The translations under genes and the position numbers were made by a program. This document shows, in pieces, positions 33,232 through 43,800 of a DNA stretch of 64,000 bases. Below the pieces are notes generated by a model. That model was not told the origin of the DNA. It saw nothing but the letters and a program-made list of their open reading frames with translations, and did no database searches. Numbering within the stretch: position 1 is the first letter of the stretch; every line of letters starts with the position of its first letter. The DNA comes from Protoeuglena noctilucae (Eukaryota), in NCBI GenBank assembly GCA_958009085.1, contig OY253679.1, positions 930,001 through 994,000 of the forward strand, written 5' to 3'.

Positions 33232-35209
33232 TCACACCACCGCTACTGCAGCCTTGCTCTGCAAAGCGTGCCGCCCAACCTCTGTAACCCGTGCCTCTCT
33301 CCTCGGGGACCCCGGCCGTGACCCAAACCCCACAGCAACCCCGGCCGGCCGCGCCGACGCCAGCGGCGATGCGCTGCGGCCCATGGACCGGTCCCGCGGC
33401 GCCGCACGGAGCATCGCCTGCGCGTAGTTCAGCAGCCCCGTCAGCCGCCGCAGGTGGCTGGGTGCGCAGGAGCCCGGCGTGGCCTTCGCTCGCTCCATGA
33501 CGCTCCTGAGGGAGCGAGAGAGCTAGTGATACATGTATTGATATGTCGCAGCGACCAACAGCGACTGACAGCGTGTCTGTTTGCTTGCCACAGCGACCGT
33601 GGCACGGCATGGGGTGGTGGGAGATGAGAGGTAAAAGCTGTGGTCGTTTTCTTAATGGTGAAGACACAGTAGGACACGACAGCTGCTTCTTTCCGCCCAT
33701 GACTTACCGCATGGCTGCCACCAGCGCCTCGTCCGTGAATCCCTCCAGCTTGGGCACGACGGTCGTGACCCGCCCGCACACCTCGCATGCCAGGATGGCC
33801 AGGTCCAGTGCCGAGCTCCCTGAGCTCTCTGGGCTGCTTTCTAACAACCCCTGGGCAACCCCCGCATTCACGCCTCGCTCCCCCTCCGCACCGCGCCCCT
33901 CCACCAGCCCCGTCGCGCTCACTTCCCCAGACAGCCGGTCGTTGTTACGGTCCACTGCGCGCATCCGTGCAGCGCCGGGTAGCATCATCTACTCCTAAGG
34001 TCAGAGAGATAAAACATGCACCGACCCTGATAGTGGCAGTAAGCGACAGTGACAGTAACAGTCAGCAAACAACCCTCAGCAGTCAGGCCACGATCACACC
34101 ACGAGATGCATTCGTGCACCGCCACCCAGCCGCACCTTGCATGAAGGCCGCAAGGGTGGCCTTGAGTCCGCTGCAGGACCCCAGCATGCGGCATCCGGCG
34201 TCAGACGTGGACAGCGCACCCAGAAAGGTTAGCAGCGTTCGGTGGACCACCGGGTCGCCCGCCGCCCGCGCACGCAGGATACCCAACACTGGGAGCAAGG
34301 CGGGGTAGCGAGGGGCGGGGTAGCGGGTGCGATGCTGTTGGCGGAATACGCATGTTTTGCATCTAGCTTGCCGGATGCGGGCACAGTCCCGCAGGTGACA
34401 CCCGCAGATGATGGGACGCCCACCTACGGGCACGACCCCGGCCTCCACGAGAGTTGCCAGGGCTTGGGAGGACATGGCCATGAAGAGGACGACGTCCGCG
34501 ACGCTGCGGGGAGCATTATGAATCGGAGATTGTCACAAAGGGCGTTGGATTGTGTGCTGGCATGCTCACCCGCTCGCCCGGCTCACCTGGGCAAGAAGAC
34601 GTCGCCCGAGGCCAGCAGCCGCACCAGCGCGCGGGCCAGGCGGGGTTCGCAGAGTTCGTTGGCGAGAACTTGGCACTGCAGGACGGACTTGCAGCAAAGG
34701 AAGGCGCGGGTCAGGGCCAGGAGGCCCGGGGCCTGGGCGCTGGGGCCCTGCTGCGCGGAACAGACGGCGCTCGCCGCGTCCCGCGCCGACGCGACAAGTC
34801 CTTCCGGCACTCTCGCGACAATATCGACGTTTTCCGGGATCCGCGCCCTCTCCTTGTGCTGCAGGGCCACGGCCTCTGCCCATGACCTGTGCCCCGAGCC
34901 TGCGGCCGCGCCCGCGCTGGGAGGCCGCACCGCCTCGCCCTTGCGCAGCCAGGAGGGCCGCCCATGCTCCTTGGTTTTCGCCAGAGGCTCGCGTCCGCTC
35001 GTCGAAGCGGGGTGCACCGGCTCCCTGGCCCCCTTGGCCAGGCGGTCCCGCGGCGCGCGCGGCCCCTCGCGGCTGTCCGGTGCCGGAGTCCGACGCTCGT
35101 TGTAGTCATCTCTCACTCGCAAGTCCTTGCTCGAGGAGATGCTGCCCCGGCTCTGCCGCTTGGCGACCTGCGTGCAAGTCGCGCTTTCGCACCTCCGTTG
35201 CACGGCCAT
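33232..35209 (-). CDS. Hypothetical protein with a predicted helical (ARM-like) middle region
   Basis: Five phase-compatible exons with GT..AG ends join into one frame (..LANELCEPRLARALVRLLASGDVFLP/SVADVVLFMAMSSQALATLVEAGVVPV/VLGILR..LLTFLGALS../..LDLAILACEVCGRV../SVMERAK..LTGLLNYAQAML..). Ends in TGA at 33232-33234. No family recognised and the start is uncertain. Confidence 0.5.
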
Positions 35210-35905
35210 GTTGGTCCTGCGCACGTCGTGCCGATGCGATGCTCAAGGTCGCACCTGGAGCACGCGGGGAAAGTGCCGCGCGGCCGCGTCATCGTGGCTG
35301 CCGAGGACTGGACGGGCGCCCACGAACGCCGCGCTGCCTGGCTGCGGCTCCCGGGCCACCTCTGCCATCAGGCATGCCCTCTGGACGAACACGCAATTCT
35401 TGGATCAAAAGCGCGGGTTGACTGCACGGGAGGACACGGCAGTGCAGAGAACAGGAAGCGACAGGCCAATGGAAGGGAATTTGCCGCAGAGAGGAGCGGC
35501 TGATTGGGGCCTGTCAACTGCTCGCTGAAGACAGAGAGGCTCATCCAGTCAATGGAGAGACCCTTTCTCTCACTGGCAGGTAGGGCCTTGCCGACAGCGG
35601 CGGTCAATCCCGAACCCTGCTTCTGCATCTGAGCCCTCTCCACCAGCCACGTAGCTGAGGAGTTCCACAGCCACGGATCCCCAACAACGTCAGCTTATTA
35701 ATCCACTTCAAACTTCGTGCTTTTTGCTTACGGCATCGAAGTGCAGGCCAGCGTTGTTGACGACGCTGCCACTGACGCTGCAAGAGTAATAAGTGATCCG
35801 TGCACAGTGTAAATCACGAAAGCGCCTCGCATCCGACGCGCCCGTGCTGGGCGCTGCTGTGGTGCGACACGAGACGTGGGCGGAACGGAGCGCGCGCGAC
35901 GTCGC

Positions 35906-38194
35906 TCAGCCGGACGCCTGGGGCCCAGGGTGCGCCAGGGACCCCTGGACGTCGATGACGAAGCGGTACTTCACGTCCGACGCCAGCATGCGCTCGAACG
36001 CCTCGTTCACGTAGCTGGCCGGGATGACCTCCACATCCGACCCCACCTTGTGCTTGCCGCAGAAGTCCAGCATCTCCTGGGTCTCCTGCGAGTCGAAGCA
36101 TCAAGAAACACCGATTTACTTATCACCGACTATCGCCACCTCCCAGCAGGCTACCGTGTGTGGCGCATATGGCGAGGGTGTGCACACAAGTCATGTCGGG
36201 GCGCTTCGTATTGTACTAGCCCTCCCCGCCGCTTGCCTGGATGCCGCCGATGAGGGAGCCGGCGAGCGTGAGGCGCTTGAAGATGAGGAGCGTGGGCGGG
36301 ATGGTGTACGCCTCGTCCGGCACCCCGACGACCACGTACTTGCCCCCCACGCGGATGAGGTTCGCGTAGGTCGTGACCTGGTGCGCCGCAGACACGGTGT
36401 CCAGGATGGCGTCCAGCTGGTTCTCCATGGACTTCATTGACGCCTCGTCCGACGTCAGGATCACCCCCTCGGCACCCAGGCGCTTGGCGTCCTCCACCTT
36501 GCCGGCCGACCGCGTCAGCACGTACGGCTTGCCGCCCATCGCAGCCACCAGCTTCACTGCGGGCGCGACAGGGACGGCGATTGACGACGGGAATTGCTTG
36601 TTCAGAAGGCGGCAAGGAGCGGCGCCGAGGGGGGTGGCGGGGCTCTTGTTGCAAGCCAATCGCATGCAACCCCAGCCCTTGCCGGCCATGCCCCCACTCC
36701 ACCACCAGCCGCGCGGCCGCTAACTCACCCGCCATGTGTCCCAGGCCGCCCAGCCCCAGCACGCCGATCTTGAGCCCGGGCTTGTCGAGGCCGTACGTCT
36801 TGATGGGCGAGTACATCGTGATGCCGGCGCAGAGCAGCGGGGCCGCCTGGGCCATCGGGATGGTGTCGGGGAGGCGCAGGACGTGGTCAGCGCGCACATC
36901 AATGTGGTCGCTGTAGCCGCCCTGCTGCACCGTCCCGTCGGGCCACACGGCATTATACGTGAAGATCATCTTGTGGCAGTGGTTGTCGAGGTTGTTCTTG
37001 CACTCGCGGCACGTCCCGCACGAGCTCACGAAGCACCCCACCCCCACGCGGTCGCCGATCTCGAACTTGGTCACCCCGGGCCCCTTCTTGGTGACGATGC
37101 CGACGATCTCGTGGCCGGGGACACTCGGGTACTTGGAGTTGCCCCACTCGTTGCGCACCTGGTGCAGGTCGCTGCGGTGGAGTGGGGAGGAGGACACGTT
37201 GCTCGCTTAGCGACCAACCTCTGTGCGTATCAGAGAGCCTGGCTGTCTGAGTTGGTCATGCTGCTGTGTGGCTGTGTCGGCGCCCCACCTGTGGCACATG
37301 CCGCAGTGGGTGATGGGGATGCGGACGGCGTTCTCGGCAAGCGGGCCGGGGCGATCGAAGGCGTAGGGCGCCATCGTGCCCGAGGTGTCCCTGGCGGCGT
37401 AGCCCACCGTGTTGCCCGACTCGGGCGCCTGCGTGGCCGGCACGCTCAGCATCTCGCTTAGCTGCGCCACCGACACGCTGCCCGACGCCGGCAGGGCCTT
37501 GGCGGCCTCGGGGCCCTTGATGCCCTCGATGACCTTGCGGAGGCCGTCGACGTCGGCGACGCGGCCCGTCTTGACGTCGGCGTACTGGGCGGCGATGGCA
37601 AACACGCGCGGGGCGTGCTCGGCCGCCTGCGGGGGCCGTGAAAGACGCGGATATCAGGAACAACTGTTCGATGTCCGCGTGCCCCTGCGCGAATGTCGGC
37701 AAGATGCGAGGCATCGAGGCCGGGCCGCAGCCCTGTGCTCCAGGGCCACCAGTTCGGATCATCGGGCGGCCGCGTGGGAGGCACGCTTCGGCCTGAGAAA
37801 AGCACACGGGAACGAGAGGACGCAAATGCATGGCGAGGGGAGGAAAGAGGCCGCCAGGCCGTCGAGGACGACGGGTTTCCCAACAGCTGGCAGGAAGGTC
37901 CGACGCCCTAATGCCCGCTATAGACCCATCGGGAGGCAAGCCACGGCCTGCAAACGTTAAAATTGGCGCCGAAGAACCGGGCATGGAGGTCGGGAGGCCG
38001 CCCGATGGGGGTTTGGCCGCCCTTACGTTGATGGTGAGGGCGCGCCTCGATAGGCCACCAACGGCGAAACCGATCCATCAGCGAAACATAAAGCTCGAAA
38101 CAAATGCGTGGGGACCACTGCAGCCGCGTCTCATGCCCCTCCCTCCCCAGACGCCGACACGCACCGGCAGGAGGTTCTCGATCGTGAGCGCCAT
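35906..38194 (-). CDS. CAD: Zn-dependent cinnamyl-alcohol-dehydrogenase-like (MDR/CAD) protein, copy 1, with ~80-aa N-terminal extension
   Basis: [117 protein letters not shown]. Exon 1 encodes [13 protein letters not shown] at 35906-35908. Confidence 0.93.
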
Positions 38195-38575
38195 GGTCGT
38201 CGTCTGTCCTCTGTCGTACGATAAAACGTGAAACTGGTGCTGCAGACGCGCTGCAGCGGCTTAAATGCACAGTCGGGCACCCTAAAAACCCTCCCCGCAA
38301 GCGCCGTCCGACTGGCGTCCTGCTGCCTCGAAACGACAGAAGGAGGAGCGTGATGGAGGCACACGCGACAGAGACAGCCGTTCAGGTAGCTAATTTGGCA
38401 AGTTCTTGCGGGAAACTCGACCTGCGCGCCAAGACTCGTGACTCCCGCCATTCAGCTGCGCCATTCAACCCTCAGTGGCGGAGAATAAGCGGCACATGCA
38501 TACAGACTGCAATGCATGGAGTGGCTTGCTAGCTGCTAGCGCGCAGCTGCGGTGCAGGCACATGCTACGAGACCC

Positions 38576-40507
38576 TCAGGCCGACGACTCTTCCCCGGGG
38601 CGCGCCAGGGACCCCTGGACGTCGATGACGAAGCGGTACTTCACGTCCGACGCCAGCATGCGCTCGAACGCCTCGTTCACGTAGCTGGCCGGGATGACCT
38701 CCACGTCCGACCCCACCCTGTGCTTGCCGCAGAAGTCCAGCATCTCCTGGGTCTCCTGCGGTTGCAAACCCTCTTGAGTAACTTGTGTGTACGTACAGGA
38801 ACTTGCTGTCGCAACGCCCGCCCTCTCAGTAGTTCCCATCAGCCACCAGCGCAGCCGCAGCTAATCGCTGCGCCCCTAGCCGCTCGCCTCGATCCCGCCG
38901 ATGAGGGAGCCGGCCAGCGTCAGGCGCCGGTTGATGAGGAGCGACGGCGGGACGGAGAACTCGCTCGGCGGCGCCCCGACGACGATGTACGCGCCCCCGA
39001 CCCGGATGAGGCCCGCGTAGGGCTTGATGTCATGAGGCGCCGATACCGTGTCGATGATGCCGTCGAACTCCCCTTTCATCCGCTCCATAGCCCCCTCCTC
39101 GGTGGTGACCACCACGTCGACGGCACCCAAGCGCTGCGCATCGGCCTTTTTCTTCGCCGATCGAGTCAGCACGTACGGCTTTGCACCCGTCGCCGCCAGC
39201 AGCTTCACTGCGATGGCACGAAGGCGCGGGAGCGAGCGAGGTCTCGAGATGTCGCGCGCGGTCAAGTGTCCCTGTACATGTGCATGACGAGGTGCATGTG
39301 CGCACATGCTCGACTGGCATGGCATCTCACCTGCCATGTGGCCCAGGCCGCCCAGGCCAACCACTCCGACCTTCTGGTCGGGCTTGAGCAGGCCGTACGC
39401 CTTCAGGGGCGAGTAGGTCGTGATGCCCGCGCACAGCAGCGGGGCCGCCTGGGCGACGGGGATGGTGTCAGGGATGCGCAGGACGTGGTCGGCCCGGACG
39501 TCGATGTGGTCGCTGTAGCCGCCCTGCTGCACCGTCCCGTCGGGCCATTTGCTGCGGGCATGTTTTGTTGCATAAACAATGCCGTCTCAATACGACATGG
39601 TCCGCGCCAGATATCTAGATGCCGATGAGGGTCACCACTGCGCTGACAAGTCGAGCGGCGTCATGCAAGCTGCTCACTCCCATGGTCACCTGTTGTACGT
39701 GGTGACGATGTGCGGGCAGTGGTTGTCCAGGTGGTTCTTGCACTCGCGGCACGTCCCGCACGAGCTCACGAAGCACCCCACCCCCACGCGGTCGCCGATC
39801 TCGAACTTGGTCACCCCGGGCCCCTTCTTGGTGACGATGCCGACGATCTCGTGGCCGGGGACCATCGGGTACTTGGAGTTGCCCCACTCGTTGCGCACCT
39901 GGTGCAGGTCGCTGCGATGGACGGTGCGCGGCGGTGACTGGGTCACCAGGGAACACATGGCAAGTGCCGCGGGTCGCTGCACAGCGTCTTGCGAGCCTCG
40001 CCTTGGCACATGCCGCAGCAGATGATGGCCACTCGCACAGCGTCGTCCGCCAGTGGGGGCCTGTCAAAAGCGAACGGCTCGAGCTTGCCCGAGGTGTCTT
40101 TCGCGGCGTAGCCCACCGTGTTGCCCGACTCGGGCGCCTGCGTGGCCGGCACGCTCAGCATCTCGCTTAGCTGCGCCACCGACACGCTGCCCGACGCCGG
40201 CAGGGCCTTGGCGGCCTCGGGGCCCTTGATGCCCTCGATGACCTTGCGGAGGCCGTCGACGTCGGCGACGCGGCCCGTCTTGACGTCGGCGTACTGGGCG
40301 GCGATGGCAAACACGCGCGGGGCGTGCTCGGCCGCCTGCGGGGGCAGGGTGCTGGTCGAGACTGCGCAGGTCGGAGGCGAGCTGGGACATCGCCTGGCTA
40401 AACGCGGCCCGACAAGCCACCTGCCGCTTGTCGTACCCATGAACAAGTCGTCCAAGCAAGCAAGCCGCCCCCCAGCTCACCGTGGCCAAGTCGTCCACCG
40501 TCAACAT
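38576..40507 (-). CDS. CAD: CAD-like alcohol dehydrogenase, copy 2 (tandem paralogue); apparent 1-nt deletion at CGMC(H)S, so possibly a pseudogene or a sequencing error
   Basis: Same motifs as copy 1 ([52 protein letters not shown]). Exon 1 encodes MLTVDDLAT and there is one extra intron. Exon 2 ends TGC CA- AG|GC versus TGC CAC AG|GT in copy 1. Confidence 0.85.
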
Positions 40508-40818
40508 TTCGGGTGCTCGATTCGAGGCTTGTGCGTGTCGAGGAAACCTAGAGTCACTTCCCCGAAGCTTTGAGCAAGAGACGAGACTCTGTTACCACAA
40601 TCGTCATCCTGCTCTTCCTTTGCTGTAACGGTGTCCTCTGGCAACAAAACCCCCGCTGGGCTTTTCAGCCCGACGACCCGGCGTGCCGAGACAACTCCAA
40701 ATGCGGGCGTGTGAGAATAACATACCGCCCGGGACCTTTGCGTTGTGAGGGGGAGTTGTGAGGGCTTCCTGCCCAGGCTCGCGGCCGCCCGGCCCTGCTA
40801 CGGTTGTCGCTGGGACGC

Positions 40819-43800
40819 ATGTACGCGGTGGACGGAGCCCTGCGGGTCCCGGCCCTGCGGCGGGTGACGGTCGCCAAGCGGTGCCTGTTCCGGCTCCCCG
40901 TGCGGCAGGGGCGGCGTTTCGCCGTGCGCGTCGCGGCCGTCGTTGATTTCGACAAGCTCACGCTTACGGATGCGGAGCGCGAGGCCGTGGAGCGCCATGT
41001 GAGTGGGCCGGGGACCACCCACAACAGTAGGGTCGCTGAGCCGCCCCGTTTTCCGCGGCTTCCGACGGCGGGATGCTCCTAAGATGTATGCGGTCGACCC
41101 GGATGCTCGCGGGCCCGCCGCGACCTTCAGGCTTCGCGCGCCGGCCGTGCACACTGCGCCGGCCGCAGTCGCCCATCGATGCGACTCGCCGGGGCAGCGG
41201 GGGACGGTCGCGCGCCCCGATTTCGCTGCCTACGATTCGTCTGCGTCCGTGGAGGTGGGAGCCGCCGGCGAGAACTCGCCGCTTGCGAAAAGAGAGCATC
41301 ATCCTTTCGTCCGCAGAAGAAGCGATGGCAGGACCTCCCGGAGGCCGAGGTTCTGCGTCGGGCGCGAATTGCGGCGGCGAACAAGGGGAAGAACAGTTCG
41401 TGGAACACGGGGAAGGTGCGTCTCGGCCAAATGCCGCGGCCGGCCGTGTGCTTGCGTGGTCGGCGTGGCGCGGCGCTGCAAGTGGTCCAAACCCCGCGTC
41501 GCGGCCGCAGAAGCTGTCGCCGGAGCTGCGTGCGAAGATCGCGAGCGCGACGAAGGCGGCGATGCAGCGCGCGGACGTCCGCGAGCGCATGATGCAGGGA
41601 GTCAAGGTGCGCCTCCACTCGGACGAGACGCGGCAGAAGATCTCGCTAGCCGTGAAGAAGGCGGCGAGGCGGAAGAAGGAGGAGATGGGTATCTTGGATC
41701 CTAACAGCGAGGAGTCCAAGCCCAAGCCCAAGCGCAAGGCTGTCAAGGCGACCAAGACCGCCACGGCAGCGGCGCCGGAGCCCCAGGCATTGCCCCAGGC
41801 AGCGCTGTCCGGGGCTGCAGCGTTGTCTCAGGGAGAGGCCGGGGCACCAGCGCCGATCGGGGAGGCCCCGAGGGCGGGGAAGACGACGCGCAAGGCCACC
41901 ACCGCGCGCGCGTCGAGGGCCAAGAGCGAGCCCCGGTCCGCGGAGGGCGCCGGCGGGGTTCGCAAGGGGGTGAGTGGGTCACGGCGCTGTTGGTGAACCG
42001 ATCTTGCGATGGTTTACGATGGCGTCGCCTGTACTCCGCCGACCCCACACGCTCTCCGTCTCATGTATACATATCAAGCATCTCGTATCTCTCAACCGCA
42101 GTTATCGGAGGAGCACAAGCGCAACATCGCGGAGACGATGCGGAAGCGGTGGAAGGACAGCGCCTTCCGCAACGAGTGAGGGGCACGGAGCGGGATGGAA
42201 TGGTTGCAACGTTGGCTGTGGCAGACGGCGGCTGGGGCTGTGGTAGACGGTTGCTATGGTGGCTGTGGTAGCTGTGGCAGATGGTTGCTGGGCCCGTAAT
42301 GGCTGTGGCAGGTGCTTGATGGGGCCGTGGCACCTGTGGTGTACCCTTACTGTCCCCGCCCGCGTACCACCCAACCCATTCCCCCGCTCCCTTTCTCGCA
42401 GGATCATGCAGCGCATGGAGATGGCGCGCGCGCGCGCGGAGGAGCGGGTCGTGAAGAGCGGCAAGCAGCCGAGCGCGCGCCACCGTTCGTCCACCCCCGC
42501 CTCCCGCGCCGTCCACGCCACGGTGACTCGCAAGGAGCGGCGGGAGCAGCGCAACGCGGAGGCGGCGGCGGAGAGGGACCTGCAGACCATGCAGACGGGG
42601 CTGCTGGAGAAGCACCTGGCGATGGAGAGGGAGGTGAGGGTGCGGGTGCCGGTTAGGGTTGGGGTGGGGGTGTATGTGGGGGTGTGCTGTGGTGGAGAGG
42701 GAGGTGTGAGGGTGCGGGTGGGGGTGTATGTGGGGGTGCGCAGGGGTGGTGCGGGACCTGGCGATGAAGATGGAGGTGAGGGGAGGAGTGCGGGGTGTGT
42801 TTTGGTGCAGGCACATGTATATGGGCAGCAGACGGTGTGTGGTTGCACGTGTACTCTCCCATGCTCCTCACTCTCATCCCCCGTCGCTCCCTGCCTTCCA
42901 CCCCGCTGCTACCCTCTCATACCCATTGTCTCTCCGATCGCCACTCACAGGCGCGGGAGCGCGTGGCTCGCGTGGAGGCCCTGGTGGGCGGCCTCAAAGC
43001 GAAAGCACGCACGCTCCGGGGCCAGCCGGCGGCGCAGGAGCGAATCGAGGAGGCGGTGGCGAAGGGAGAGACGATGCTGCGCGTCACGAGGGTGAAACTG
43101 GAGGCACTGGCGGCCGAGGGGAGCCGCCTTAGAGCCCAGGTGGCCGCTGGGGGCGGGAGTGCCAAGGGCGACGCGGGCGATGTGGCGCTGGTGTTTTCGA
43201 ACGGAGAGGGCGCGCTGGTGCGGGGGGTGGGGAAGGAGAGGAGCGGCGGTGCGGAGGCGGGGGCGGGGGAGAGCGCGGGGTTGGAGCAGATGGGAGACGA
43301 GGGGGCGACTGTCGCGGAGCGCGAGGGTACAAGTGCGTGTGCGGGTGCGGGAGGGGTGGAGGATGACGCTGAGCAATTTGCGTCGGATGCGGTCGGTGAC
43401 GCCGACGCATCCACCTCCACCTCCACATCCGCACCCCATGCGGGGGAGCTGGTGCGCGCGGGCAGCATTGCGAATGGCGAGGGCGCCTGGGGTGCGGCGA
43501 GGGACGCTCTGGAAGCGCTGGCCGGGCCCCGCGAGGCAGAGGAGAGCGAGCCGCTGCACGAGCTCAAGCTGCAGCGGGCGCTGAAGGTGGCGGCGATCCT
43601 CAGGGGCCAGTCGATGCACGCGCGGGGGATGGACGGCGGGGCGGGGGCGGGGCTGGCGGAGGGGGCGGGCGCGGGGGCGGGGCGGGGCCGGCGGAGCTTG
43701 GCAGCTGTGGCGGCCATCCCAGGGCGGGCGGGGGGGGCAGCGGGCGCGGCGGGGGTGGGGTCGGCGGGCGCGGGGATCAGCCCGCGGCGGGGGAGGGTGG

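Noticed and set aside
33960..33998. Possible in-frame TAG (GAG TAG ATG) in the orphan gene as further recoding evidence
   Set aside because: A downstream phase-1 acceptor (CGCGCAG|TG GAC) fits the upstream donor and avoids the codon.
35906..40507. Biosynthetic gene cluster (CAD pair with ACX, ABCC and MEX1)
   Set aside because: The neighbours are unrelated housekeeping genes and there is no scaffold-forming enzyme; CAD-like genes in algae do not imply lignin synthesis.
41317..42180. NUMOD3 motifs suggesting a homing endonuclease or mobile intron
   Set aside because: No HNH, GIY-YIG or LAGLIDADG catalytic motif is visible; it is an ordinary spliceosomal multi-exon gene resembling plant nuclear NUMOD3 proteins.
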